NCBI GenBank assembly: GCA_965238005.1
Contig: OZ250165.1
Coordinates: 1,728,001-1,792,000, forward strand
DNA: 64,000 bases
From: Longimicrobiales bacterium
GTDB taxonomy: Bacteria > Gemmatimonadota > Gemmatimonadetes > Longimicrobiales > Gaopeijiaceae
Direction of reading: 5' to 3'
In this document: positions 7,995-17,637 of the stretch, piece after piece
Position numbering within the stretch: position 1 is the stretch's first letter
How the letters are laid out: each line of letters opens with the position of its first letter
Position numbers and translations under genes: made by a program
Notes under the pieces: model-generated
The model's database searches: none
What the model saw: the letters and a program-made list of their open reading frames with translations, nothing else
Told to the model about the DNA's origin: nothing

Positions 7995-8288
7995 ATGGCT
8001 AAGTACGCGACACTCTACAATTTCACGGACCAGGGCATCCGGGCCGTGAAGGAATCTCCGAGCCGGCTCAAGGCTGCGATTGAAGCTGCGGAGGGAGTCG
8101 GAGTGAGAATGCTCGGCGTTTACTACACCGCGGGCCCGTACGACCTGATCGTGATCTCCGAGGCCGAAGACGAGAAGGCCGCGACCGCATTCGCGCTGGC
8201 TACCGGTGCCCAGGGGAACGTGAGGAGCACCACTATGCGTGCCTGGAGCCCGGACGAGTTCGAGGAAATCGTAGCGTTGATGCCGTAG
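7995..8288 (+). CDS. GYD-domain protein
   Basis: MAKYATLYNFTDQG...YYTAGPYDL...GNVRSTTMRAW; AGGAGG SD. Confidence 0.9.
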   Translation: MAKYATLYNFTDQGIRAVKESPSRLKAAIEAAEGVGVRMLGVYYTAGPYDLIVISEAEDEKAATAFALATGAQGNVRSTTMRAWSPDEFEEIVALMP

Positions 8289-8465
8289 GGCGAGGCGCTG
8301 GCCCGGGTCACCGATGACCCGGCAGATCCCCCGGCCGCGCGTCGCTGAATGAGGTCGGAGGCGCCGCCTAGGAGGATGTGCCTGCAGAAGTGGTCCATGG
8401 CTCCTTCTGATCCTCAGGACTCTAGTGCTTGACTCTGAGTTAATAATGCCGATATAATCAGCATT

Positions 8466-8819
8466 ATGACGAAAGCCACACTTGGTGAATTGGAGACGCT
8501 GGTACTCCTGGCCGTCGCACGGCGACCGGAAGACGCGTACGCCGTCACGGTGCGCGAGGAGATCCAGCACCGGGCAGGCCGCGAGATGACAAGGGGCACC
8601 GTGTACGTGACCCTGGATCGGCTGGTCAGGAAGGGGTTCCTGGAGTCGACCATGGGTGATCCGACCCCTCGGAGGGGAGGCAAGGCCAGGAAGTACTTCC
8701 TGGTCACGGTGGCGGGTCGCGCAATTCTCGGCGAGTCGCTGGGGGCGCTCCGCCAAATGGCCGACGGTGTCGACCTCGCGAGCGAGATGATCGGGCAGTC
8801 GTCGGCCGTGGGCCATTGA
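8466..8819 (+). CDS. PadR-family transcriptional regulator
   Basis: LGELETLVLLAV, GTVYVTLDRL, RGGKARKYF. Confidence 0.92.
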   Translation: MTKATLGELETLVLLAVARRPEDAYAVTVREEIQHRAGREMTRGTVYVTLDRLVRKGFLESTMGDPTPRRGGKARKYFLVTVAGRAILGESLGALRQMADGVDLASEMIGQSSAVGH

Positions 8820-8883
8820 GCGCGTCGGCGAACGCGCTCACGCTCGCGAAGCTCAAGCGATCTTGCGGACGCGCGCTAACCCC

Positions 8884-11115
8884 CTAGAGCCCGCCCGATC
8901 TGCCCTCTCCCGCCGGCATGTTCTCCTCCAGGAACCAGAGGTAGAGGTCGTATAGGTGGTACCGGTCGGGGATGCCGTGGGGTCGGTTGGGATAAGGCAT
9001 GATGGTGAAGCGCTTCTTCGCAGCGATGAGGGCGTTGCTGAGCGCTTCGGCATTCTGAAAGTGCACGTTGGGATCTCCGGTCCCGTGGATGATGAGTAGG
9101 TTCCCACGGAGGTTGTCCGCCACGTTGACGGGGGCCGTGGCCTCGTAGGCGTCTGGGTTGTCTTGGGGCAGGCCCAGGAAACGCTCTGTGAACGAGGCAT
9201 GGTAGTACTTGTGGTGACTCAGACCCGCGCCCGGCATGGCCGTGGAATAGACGTCGGGGTGACGAAAGATGGCGTTCATGCTGACGTTGCCTCCACCGCT
9301 CCATCCGTAGATGCCGATGCGGGACGGGTCCATCCAGGGCCAGCGGGCCTCGAGGGCCCTCACCGCCGCCGCCTGGTCCTGGGCCGGGAGAACCCCATGC
9401 CGCAGGTAGATGATCTTGCGGAAGTCTCGCCCTCGGGGCGCAGGCGTCCCCCGATTGTCCACACTCATGACCACGTACCCCCGCTGGGTGAGGAGGTGGT
9501 GGAAGAGGTGTCGATCACCGCCCCAGCGGTCTAGGACCGTCTGTCCAGCGGGCATGCCATACACGTAAAACAGCACGGGGTAGCGTTTGCCCGGATCGAA
9601 GGTCGGAGGCTTCATGACCCAACCGTCCAGCTCCACCCCGTCGCCAATATCCACGCGAAAGAACTCAGTGGGGCCAATGTCGAGAGCCACGAGCTGCGCC
9701 CTGAGTGCGGCGTTGTCCACTCCTACGCGGACAGGGCGGTGGTCGGGGAGAGAAACGAGCCCCGTTACCGGCGGCTCATCGATCGTCGACGCCGTGTGCC
9801 AGGCCGAGCGGGCGCCGGGCGCGATGTCGTACCCGTTCGTCCCTTCAAAGTCCTCGGGGGTGACCCGCTCCACGGCTCCATCGCCGTCCAACCTGGCGCG
9901 ATAGAGATAGCGCTGCACCGGGTCGTCCGGTGAGGCGATGAAGTAGACCCATCCCCCCGCCTCATCCACAGCCTCGACCGACAGGATGTCGAAGGCGCCG
10001 GGGGTGAGAAGAAGTGCGTTTCCACCGTCTCGGTCGATCCGGTAGACGTGCCGCCAGCCGTCCCGTTCGCTGACCCAGAGGAAGGCCTGCCCTCCGCCCA
10101 CCCACTCGACGGGGTGGAGATCGAGCCAGGTCTCCTCTTTCTCCACCAGGGTCTCCAGAAGACCACCCCCCTCCGGGTCGGCCATGAAGAGACGGACGGT
10201 GTTCTGGGGCCGGTTGAGCTGCTGGACGAAGAGCTCGTTCGCGTTCGGGACCCACTCGAAGCCCCTCACGTAGCGCATGCGCGGATCGCCCGGGAGTTCG
10301 AGCCACGTGACGTCGCCGCCATCGGCGGCCACGATCCCGACCCGTGCCGCGGGGAGCGTCTCACCGGGTTTCACGTGGGGACGGCTTTGCACCGTCGAGT
10401 AGACGGAGTCGGTGTAGTTGATGATGTGGAACTGCCTTACGCCCTCGGCTTCGAACCGGAGGAAGGCGATGCGGGTCCCGTCCGGGCTCCACCGGAATCC
10501 CCCGGCATTCAACCCGACGTACACGCCCTCCGTCGTCCCGTTTAGGATGGTGGCCGACCCGTCGGTGGTGAGGCGAACAACCCGGCTGGTTGCCAGATCC
10601 TGAACGTAGAGGTCGTTTCTGACCACATAAGCGATCCGGTCCCCCCCGGGAGAGAGAGTGGCCCGCGAAAGCTCCTCGTCATGGCCGTCCTCCACCATCG
10701 CCAAACGGCCCGTTGGGCGGTGAAGCGTCCACCACTCGCCGGTAGCCGTCCGCAGCAGCCAGGTAGAGCCGTCCTCGGACCACGAGTAGGACTCGAGCCG
10801 CGGTGGCTCACCCCCTCCGGCCCGGACCAGCCGTTCGGCCGAAACGATAACCTCCTGCTCGACGCCAGAGGCCGCGTCGTACGCCACGACCGCATCCCCA
10901 CCGTCCCGCTCCTCCACCCTCACATAGCCGCTGCCATCCGGCGACCATGCCCCGATGGCCTGCCGTTCGGGAGCGAACTCGCTGGCTTCGAAGATCCGCT
11001 CCAGCGTAAGGAGGGACGGGTCCGATAGCGCCTGAGGAGCCAGCGGGACGGGTGCCAAGGCGAGCAGTGCCAGGGCGGCCAGTCCGCCCCGGTGGGGATG
11101 ATGTCTCGTCGTCAT
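8884..11115 (-). CDS. S9-family dipeptidyl peptidase IV-like protein
   Basis: Signal peptide, WSPDG propeller repeats, GWSGGG nucleophile, HGTGDPNV, RPHG; GGAGGAG SD. Confidence 0.95.
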   Translation of the reverse strand: MTTRHHPHRGGLAALALLALAPVPLAPQALSDPSLLTLERIFEASEFAPERQAIGAWSPDGSGYVRVEERDGGDAVVAYDAASGVEQEVIVSAERLVRAGGGEPPRLESYSWSEDGSTWLLRTATGEWWTLHRPTGRLAMVEDGHDEELSRATLSPGGDRIAYVVRNDLYVQDLATSRVVRLTTDGSATILNGTTEGVYVGLNAGGFRWSPDGTRIAFLRFEAEGVRQFHIINYTDSVYSTVQSRPHVKPGETLPAARVGIVAADGGDVTWLELPGDPRMRYVRGFEWVPNANELFVQQLNRPQNTVRLFMADPEGGGLLETLVEKEETWLDLHPVEWVGGGQAFLWVSERDGWRHVYRIDRDGGNALLLTPGAFDILSVEAVDEAGGWVYFIASPDDPVQRYLYRARLDGDGAVERVTPEDFEGTNGYDIAPGARSAWHTASTIDEPPVTGLVSLPDHRPVRVGVDNAALRAQLVALDIGPTEFFRVDIGDGVELDGWVMKPPTFDPGKRYPVLFYVYGMPAGQTVLDRWGGDRHLFHHLLTQRGYVVMSVDNRGTPAPRGRDFRKIIYLRHGVLPAQDQAAAVRALEARWPWMDPSRIGIYGWSGGGNVSMNAIFRHPDVYSTAMPGAGLSHHKYYHASFTERFLGLPQDNPDAYEATAPVNVADNLRGNLLIIHGTGDPNVHFQNAEALSNALIAAKKRFTIMPYPNRPHGIPDRYHLYDLYLWFLEENMPAGEGRSGGL

Positions 11116-11229
11116 CGGACTCCTCCGGTTCTCCAATGGCGGGTTGCGTCTTCTCCCGCTCCACCAGCACGTGGTGCCGTTCTTGGAGGTTCCGGGCGAC
11201 CGTCCCCCGGGTGCTGCCCCCAATCCGGC

Positions 11230-11415
11230 GACCGTCCCACACACATCAAAGGGATTATACCGACATGGGTACCCGTGATGAAAGCCACGTCGGCGCTGTA
11301 GACCGCGGTGAAGCTGAAATCTATCTCTGGGCACCGCACCCGGCCTCCCGGGCGACGTCGATGGCGATTCTCCGAGTGATCCCCTTCAGGCAGTACCGCC
11401 CGGTGGAGGTCCAGG
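11230..11415 (-). pseudogene. Class IV aminotransferase (BCAT/DAAT) fragment, frameshifted
   Basis: YCLKGITRRIAIDVAREAG, then in another frame EIDFSFTAVYSADVAFITGT. Confidence 0.7.
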
Positions 11416-11613
11416 CCTCCGTAGGGTTCGGCGATCTCCGGCCATGGTCAGCTGCCGTGACCAGGTGTCTCGGGCATCGGCTGCGGGTGAGAGGCTGGCA
11501 AGGACATCCCTGCGCTCTACCTACGCCAGAGCTATTTTCCCCCGACGCTCGGAAACTCGGCCCGCCACCTACGGATGCATCGGCCACCGGACCAACGAAC
11601 GAGGGGAAACACC

Positions 11614-11832
11614 ATGCTGGCTCGTCGACCACGGATCCTCGCAACCGGCACCGCGATTGTCGCCGCCCTCATGCTGACCACCCCCGTCCTGGCCCAACGG
11701 GGCGGCCAAGAGCAGAGCGATGGTGGCGACTCCGCACCAGACCTCGCCTCGACGGCGCGGAGCCTAGCCTGGCGCTCGATCGGCTCCGCGGTGATCAGCG
11801 GGCGCATCTCCGACCTCGCCATCCATCCGTGA
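11614..11832 (+). pseudogene. N-terminal fragment of a VPS10/BNR-repeat glycosyl-hydrolase-like protein
   Basis: Signal peptide followed by LAWRSIGSAVISGRISDLAIHP and an immediate stop. Confidence 0.7.
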
Positions 11833-11910
11833 CGCTCGGTCTCAAGCACACGCCGATCTGGCGGTCGCTGGTGCGACGCGATCTGATCCCACCGACACCA
11901 GGCGCCAAGG

Positions 11911-12035
11911 ATCACCGGTTGCAGCACAGGGTTTGGTCGTTTGGCGGCCGAGGAACTCGCCGCGAGGGGCGACCGCGTCTATGCGACCATGCGTGACCCA
12001 GAACGAAAGAACCGCGCGTCAGCAGACGCGCTCGG
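11911..12035 (+). pseudogene. Short-chain dehydrogenase N-terminal fragment
   Basis: ITGCSTGFGRLAAEELAARGDRVYATMRD (TGxxxGxG motif); no start codon, truncated. Confidence 0.75.
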
Positions 12036-12221
12036 CTCGTCACATTCATCGAGGTCTTCGAGAAAAATGTGACACTTGATGCTCTACTGTGGCGTTGGAT
12101 GTAATCCAGAGAAGCTTGTCCGGGCAGACAGCGGGAGGCTCGGCCTCAGGGGGATCGACTGACGGCCAAGAGTCTGCTCCCCCATTCATGAGTGGGGTCC
12201 TAGTCGCTGGAATGGGCAATC

Positions 12222-12425
12222 TGAACAGCGCACCTGATGGTTGACACAATGGTGCCAGTTGATGGTTAACAGATTGGGTTACGTCCTGTGTTGCCGTGGG
12301 TGTCGAAAATGACGAAGAGTTCTTCGTCAAACCATCCGAGGGTAGTGGGTCCGAAGTAGACCTGCCACAGAGCGGGACCAATGGGTTCGAGCCCGATGAA
12401 GTCGTTGCCCAGGGCCGAGACGCTC
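12222..12425 (-). mobile_element. IS481-like transposase C-terminal remnant with element end
   Basis: ALGNDFIGLEPIGPALWQVYFGPTTLGWFDE, followed by repeated TGT(T/C)AACCATCA boxes ending in TTCA. Confidence 0.6.
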
Positions 12426-13496
12426 CAGAGCAAGGCCCTGCGCGGGATGTTCCACGCCTGGTTGGGGATCTGCCTGTATTTCACGCAACGATTGGAGGAA
12501 TCCTACCGCACGTTACAGCAGGCCCTGGTCCTGGGCGAAGAGGCCGCCGACAAGCGCGTGATCGGCTACGCCCACACCTGGCTGGCCATGACCTGCTCCA
12601 ACCTGGGCCGGTTGCGCGAAGGACTCGCGCTCGGGAAGCGGGCCCATGAGATCGCTCAGACCATGCCAGAAGACGACTACCTGCATTTCAAGTCCCTGGC
12701 CACGACCGGCATGAACTACTACTGCATGGGCGAGGTGACGCACACCCTGCAGGTGGGTCGGCAACTGGTGGAATACGGGGAGCGGCACGGGAACCCGCGC
12801 GGCCTCCTATTCGGCCACTGGATAATCGCCACCGGCCATTGCAACGCCGGGGATTTTCCAGGGGCGATAGCCGCCTCGAAGCAGGCCATCCAGGTCTCCA
12901 GAGACCCCTTCTATCTCCTGCTCGGCCAGGCCACTCATGGGATTAGCTGCACCTTGAACGGTCAGGTCGATCCCATGTTCGGGGAGGTGGTCAGCCGCCT
13001 CAGAAACCAGGGTCTCGAATTGTCCCTCAGTTGGGCGGGCGGATTCCACGGACTTGGACGGATCATCGAGGGACGGATGGGTGAGGGCATGAAGATGATC
13101 GAGGAGGCCTCCCGAAATAGCTTGGTAAGTGGAAACAGGTTTTTCCATCACGTAAACGAGATGCTCAAGGGCAACGTGTACCTGAAAATAGCGACCGGGG
13201 AACCCCCGCCACCGGCCTTGCTGCTGAAGAATCTGGGCTTTCTCCTCCGGCACCTGCCCTTCGCCGCCCGCCGGGCGGAGACCCTGCTCGGAGGGGCCGC
13301 CGAGTACTTTGCAGAGGTAGAGGCTCACGGTTTCCGCGCCCAGGCACTGTTGGGTTTAGGACTCTTGCACAAGGCCAAGAAGCGCAGGGGTAAGGCCAAC
13401 GAATGCCTGGCCGAGGCCGAGGGCCTGTTCGAGCGCATGGGGGCCGAGGTGTTCCTCCGACAGACCCGGGAGACGTTGGCAGAGTTATCCCCGTGA
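12426..13496 (+). pseudogene. 5'-truncated TPR-rich C-terminus (adenylate cyclase/AAA-TPR type)
   Basis: TPR-like helices; the 5' end abuts the IS481 remnant. Confidence 0.6.
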
Positions 13497-13565
13497 TTTG
13501 CTACGCGCTCAAGGCAGATCTTACTCCATCCCAGCAGGCTTTGGATGAGGCCTTTGAGTCGTTCC

Positions 13566-16232
13566 CTATCCCTCCCTCAGAGCCTCCATCGGCCGGATCC
13601 TCAAGCCTCTGAGAGTCGGCGCAAGGCAAGCGACCATGCCGACCAAGAGCATGAAACCGGCAAAGGTCGCGAGCATCACGGTCCAGTTCGCCCCACGGGC
13701 CGAGGCATCTCCGCCGGTCTCTCTGATCAGCCAGACGCCTAGGCCCACGCCGGCGACGATGCCTGCCACGAGTTGAAGGAACGCCCGCCTCGCAATCGCG
13801 GTCACGATGCTGCCGGGCCGAGCTCCCAAAGCCGTGCGGATTCCGATCTCTCGGGTCCGCTGAGACACGGTGAGGGACATGAGCGCGTAGAGTCCGGCGC
13901 CCGAGAGCACGATGGCGATCGCGGAGAGGAAGACGAGGAGGATGGTGCCGTATTGGGTTACCTGCCGAGCGCCGTTGGGGGCGTTGACCAACGCGGCGGG
14001 ATACTGGATCATCGCCTCGGGGTCGACCTCACCCGTGATCTCCCGGAGCCGGGGCGTGAACGACAGCGGGTCTTCTCCCACGTGGACGGCCAGCCATATA
14101 GGATGGATCTCGCCGGGCGCCGCCGGATGGTACAGGCCCTCGTCGCGCTCCGGGTTGAGCTCGTTCATTCCGAGGTGACCCACGACGCCGATGATCTCGT
14201 ACCACGGCCCGGGCTCTTCACCCTCGGGAGGCACGTACCTCACGCGCCGTCCGATGGGATTTCGGCCTCCCAGGACATGCTCCACGAACGCCGTGTTCAC
14301 AATGACCGCCGTCCGGTCCTCGTCGATGGTGCCGATCAGGTCGGCCGTGGTAAAGCCCCGTCCGTCCAGGATCTTCTGTCCGAGACCCTCGAAGAAGCCT
14401 ACGTCGACGCGGGCTCGCATGACGAGGTGACCCCTGAAGTCCTCACCCCCAACCTCGCCTTCGAGCTCGACGCGCCGTCCCCCGTGCTGCATCCCGGGTA
14501 AGTTGGTCCCCATGGCCACTCCGCGCACGCCCGGCTCGGCGTTGAGGCGCAGAGCCAGCGCCTCGTGGGTCGCGATCACCTGCGTACGGAAGTCGGCGAC
14601 CGAGATGTCGTTCTCGACGGCGCTGTGATCGGTCCACGGGATCCGGAGCAGCGCCATCATGTACTCCTCCGGCTGGATCTCCATTTGAGCGGAAGTGCTC
14701 GACAAGAGGCTCCGGGACATGGTGCCACCCATGGTGAGGAAGCCGATGGCGAGCGCGACCTCTGACACGATCAGGAGCGTCGCCCCCTTCCCGAAGCGGA
14801 TGCCCGATCCTCCCGTGGCCCGTTGGAGGTTCTGTTGCACTCGGCGTCCCGTCGCCTTGAGGGCCGGGAAGACCCCGGCGATCACGGCGCAGAAGACCGC
14901 TAGGGACATCGCGATCGCGACGGTCTTGGGTGTCACCCCGAAATCCATCCAGAAGGGGGCCTCGAGAAACACCCGACTAGTGAACTCACGGGCGAACCGA
15001 TCGCCCAGAACGAGCCCGAGGCCGGCCGACACGACGGCGAGCAGCAGCGACTCGACGAACAGCTGAGAGACGATCCGGCCGCGACTCGCGCCCAACGCCG
15101 TGCGTACGGTGATCTCCGTGGACCGGGTCGCCGTCCGCGCCAGGATGAGGGTCCCCACGTTGCCACAGACGATGGCGAGAAGGGCCAGGATGACCAGCTG
15201 AATCAGGTACATCTCCGACATGTCGCTGGGGTCCAGCCCCACAGCCATTGCGGTGTAGCCCATGATCTGGGGGCGGAGCCGCTGATGCGTGTCCGGGAAC
15301 TCGTTCGCCATGCGAAGGCCGATTGTCGACAGCTCGGCCTGGGCCTGTTCCACCGAGACGCCGTCGGCCAGCCGCCCGAACATCAGAATGTCGGGCCCCA
15401 TGCCCCGCTCGTAGTCGGTGGGCTGGTCGCGAAGCGGCAGCCACAGGAGGTCGCTGAGCGGAAACTTGAAGCCCTCCGGCATGATCCCCACGACCTCGTG
15501 CGGCACCGGGCCTATGCGGATCGTGCTCCCCACCGCGTCCGGGTCTCCGGCGAGCCGCGACTGCCAGACGTCGTACCCGATCACGACCACGTCCGGTGCC
15601 CCGGGAATCTCGTCCGCGTCGAGCAATACGCGCCCCATGAGCGGGCGCACGCGGAGGATCTCGAACGCCGAAGCCGTGATCTCGGAGCCGCGGATCGGCG
15701 CCGCACGTCCGTCCTCCGAGATCACGTTGTACGGGTCGGAGCGGGCGGCGCCGATTGCCTCGAAGGTCGTCAGCTCCTCTCTCCAGATGAAGAAGTCGTG
15801 GAGAGCTCGGACCTCCGTGCGCCGCTCCGCCACGTTCCGGTTTCGGAGCCCGACGATGCGATCCCCCTCGTCGAAAGGAAGCGCGACCTGCAGCGCGTCG
15901 AAGACGTGGAAGGGAATCAGGCTGGCGGGAATCCCGATCGAGAGCGCGAAGACCGTCACCAGCGTGAGGCCGGGCTGCTTGAGGAGCATGCGGAGGCCGA
16001 GCTTCACATCGAGCCACGACGTCCCCACGCTTGGAAGGCGAATGCTCGTTCGCCACAGGTTGAGGGCGGATGCGAACACGTTCATGGCGTATCTCAGTCG
16101 GGCCCTGCCGATCGGGAGGCCGCGCTCGAGCTCATGCTCGAACGTAGCGTCCAACTCGGTCAGGATGAACGGGGCGTGCCGGCCCCGGATGAGGAGTGCG
16201 GCGATTCTGCGGAGCAGGCGAGGCGCGGACAC
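13566..16232 (-). CDS. ABC transporter permease (ADOP/MacB-FtsX duplicated type)
   Basis: 888 aa; two RxxEIxxRxALGA motifs; adjacent to PadR. Confidence 0.93.
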   Translation of the reverse strand: MSAPRLLRRIAALLIRGRHAPFILTELDATFEHELERGLPIGRARLRYAMNVFASALNLWRTSIRLPSVGTSWLDVKLGLRMLLKQPGLTLVTVFALSIGIPASLIPFHVFDALQVALPFDEGDRIVGLRNRNVAERRTEVRALHDFFIWREELTTFEAIGAARSDPYNVISEDGRAAPIRGSEITASAFEILRVRPLMGRVLLDADEIPGAPDVVVIGYDVWQSRLAGDPDAVGSTIRIGPVPHEVVGIMPEGFKFPLSDLLWLPLRDQPTDYERGMGPDILMFGRLADGVSVEQAQAELSTIGLRMANEFPDTHQRLRPQIMGYTAMAVGLDPSDMSEMYLIQLVILALLAIVCGNVGTLILARTATRSTEITVRTALGASRGRIVSQLFVESLLLAVVSAGLGLVLGDRFAREFTSRVFLEAPFWMDFGVTPKTVAIAMSLAVFCAVIAGVFPALKATGRRVQQNLQRATGGSGIRFGKGATLLIVSEVALAIGFLTMGGTMSRSLLSSTSAQMEIQPEEYMMALLRIPWTDHSAVENDISVADFRTQVIATHEALALRLNAEPGVRGVAMGTNLPGMQHGGRRVELEGEVGGEDFRGHLVMRARVDVGFFEGLGQKILDGRGFTTADLIGTIDEDRTAVIVNTAFVEHVLGGRNPIGRRVRYVPPEGEEPGPWYEIIGVVGHLGMNELNPERDEGLYHPAAPGEIHPIWLAVHVGEDPLSFTPRLREITGEVDPEAMIQYPAALVNAPNGARQVTQYGTILLVFLSAIAIVLSGAGLYALMSLTVSQRTREIGIRTALGARPGSIVTAIARRAFLQLVAGIVAGVGLGVWLIRETGGDASARGANWTVMLATFAGFMLLVGMVACLAPTLRGLRIRPMEALREG

Positions 16233-16235
16233 GGC

Positions 16236-16568
16236 TTACTGCTCCGCCAACTCTGTGAGCTTCGGGATCAGGCCACCGGCCATCGCCTGGATCGTCGAGT
16301 ACGTCGCCTGCAACGCCCGCGCGCCGGCGGACTCGAGCGTGTAGTACTTGCGGGGGCGGCCGACTCGGCCCTCGGTCGATTCCTCGACCGTGGCTGAGAC
16401 GAACCCTCGCTCCTCGAGGCGGCCGAGCGCGGTGTAGATCGCTCCGGAGGAGACGACCTTACCGGTCCGCTCTTCGATCGTCTCGCGGATGGTCACGCCG
16501 TACGCGCGATCTCCGAGCTCGAGGACGGAGAAGAGGATGAGCTGTTCGAATTCGCCAAGGTAGGACAT
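16236..16568 (-). CDS. PadR-family transcriptional regulator
   Basis: MSYLGEFEQLIL, GAIYTALGRLEERG, GRPRKYY. Confidence 0.93.
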   Translation of the reverse strand: MSYLGEFEQLILFSVLELGDRAYGVTIRETIEERTGKVVSSGAIYTALGRLEERGFVSATVEESTEGRVGRPRKYYTLESAGARALQATYSTIQAMAGGLIPKLTELAEQ

Positions 16569-17088
16569 CGTGTCGTCTCGGTTCGGTAAGCCCTCAGGCG
16601 TCGTATACAGCATTATGCTACAGTGTGGTATAACTGTGCAAGGCGTGCGACTGGCCGATGGTCCTACCATCGAGGTCTACATGTTTTTCTGCATGTTGGC
16701 CGGGAATCAGTCTCGGATCCGGTTTGTGAACTTTTTCCGCGCTTGCGCATCTCGCCTCGCGACCCAAACTGTGCTCAGAAACAAAGTTTAGGAAACGGTA
16801 TGGGCAGTCGAGAGTACTTGGGTAGGGGCTAGTCGCTTCCGAGGTGACAGATCCGTCGAGCGGGCGACGTGCCACGCACAACTACCGCGTCCTGCCCGCG
16901 GGTGACGATGCCCTGGCGCGATCTTGGGTCTTGCTTGAGCGCCTTTGGGCTGGGCTCGCGAGGGAGCCGGCATGAAACCGCCCGCCGTTGCACGCGCGCT
17001 GGTCCGGCTCATCTCGAACCCTGAGGACCGTGCCGCGCTGATCCAGTTGACCACGGGCCCCGTAGGGGGTTGCCTTGTGGCTTCTCCC

Positions 17089-17116
17089 TTGACAGGGGGC
17101 TTCTGGCGATTAGCGT
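17089..17116 (+). promoter_or_regulatory. Putative sigma70 promoter for the Cys leader region
   Basis: TTGACA, 16-nt spacer, TAGCGT. Confidence 0.55.
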
Positions 17117-17129
17117 TGTTCTTTGGAGG

Positions 17130-17240
17130 ATGGGTCACAAAACAGATGTGCGTAAAAGGACGCTGGTCGTGATACTCAACAGTTGTTGTTGCCGATGTTC
17201 TTGTCCGAGCCCGGTGGGGTGTCGGGGAGACGTCGTATAG
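17130..17240 (+). CDS. Cys-rich leader peptide 1 (alternative start GTG 17169)
   Basis: MGHKTDVRKRTLVVILNSCCCRCSCPSPVGCRGDVV*; AAGGA lies upstream of GTG 17169. Confidence 0.75.
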   Translation: MGHKTDVRKRTLVVILNSCCCRCSCPSPVGCRGDVV

Positions 17241-17268
17241 GCATACACGCGACTGGATTCCCTGAAGC

Positions 17269-17296
17269 GCCACCGGAGACATTCGGTGGCTTTTTT
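17269..17296 (+). terminator. Attenuator terminator 1
   Basis: GCCACCG/CGGTGGC stem plus T6; the 5' arm is complementary to CCGGTGG (17211-17217) in leader 1. Confidence 0.85.
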
Positions 17297-17316
17297 GTGA
17301 GGATTATTTCCCAGAT

Positions 17317-17352
17317 CAAAAAGGCCATCGGGTTTCGCCGCTGGCCTTTTTG
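17317..17352. terminator. Bidirectional terminator-like hairpin
   Basis: CAAAAAGGCCA...TGGCCTTTTTG. Confidence 0.7.
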
Positions 17353-17447
17353 TTCGAACCGGGTAGGACAGGCAGCGGAAGAACTGGAAAACTTAGGACG
17401 AGGTATTCGAAGGCGTGCGGTTCCATGAAGATCTGGAGGTTTTGGAG

Positions 17448-17528
17448 ATGACTCCACGGACGGCCATGTGTTGTTGTTGTTGTTGCACGGTAACGCCTAG
17501 AGAGGGGCGCGTTCCGACGAGTCGTTGA
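17448..17528 (+). CDS. Poly-cysteine leader peptide 2
   Basis: GGAGGT SD, 7-nt spacer, MTPRTAMCCCCCCTVTPREGRVPTSR*. Confidence 0.9.
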   Translation: MTPRTAMCCCCCCTVTPREGRVPTSR

Positions 17529-17552
17529 GAAGAAACCAAGACTCAAGCGAAC

Positions 17553-17585
17553 GCCGCGGCCCCTCGAGGGTCGCGGCTTTTTTTT
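17553..17585 (+). terminator. Attenuator terminator 2
   Basis: GCCGCGGCCC/GGGTCGCGGC stem plus T8; antiterminator GAGGGGC-GCGTTC (17502-17514) pairs with GAACGC and GCCCCTC. Confidence 0.9.
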
Positions 17586-17637
17586 GGGTCTCAACTCTGG
17601 AAGAAAGCATGTTGAAATTGAAATCGGAAGGCAGCAG

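Noticed and set aside
17173..17265. Val-rich reading (VVVADVLV) suggesting an ilv-type leader
   Set aside because: That frame follows a TGA and has no start; the Cys frame has starts and matches the downstream cysH
17469..17486. (TGT)n as a phase-variable microsatellite
   Set aside because: It sits in frame behind an SD and ATG, ends in a synonymous TGC and precedes attenuator hairpins, so a leader peptide explains it better
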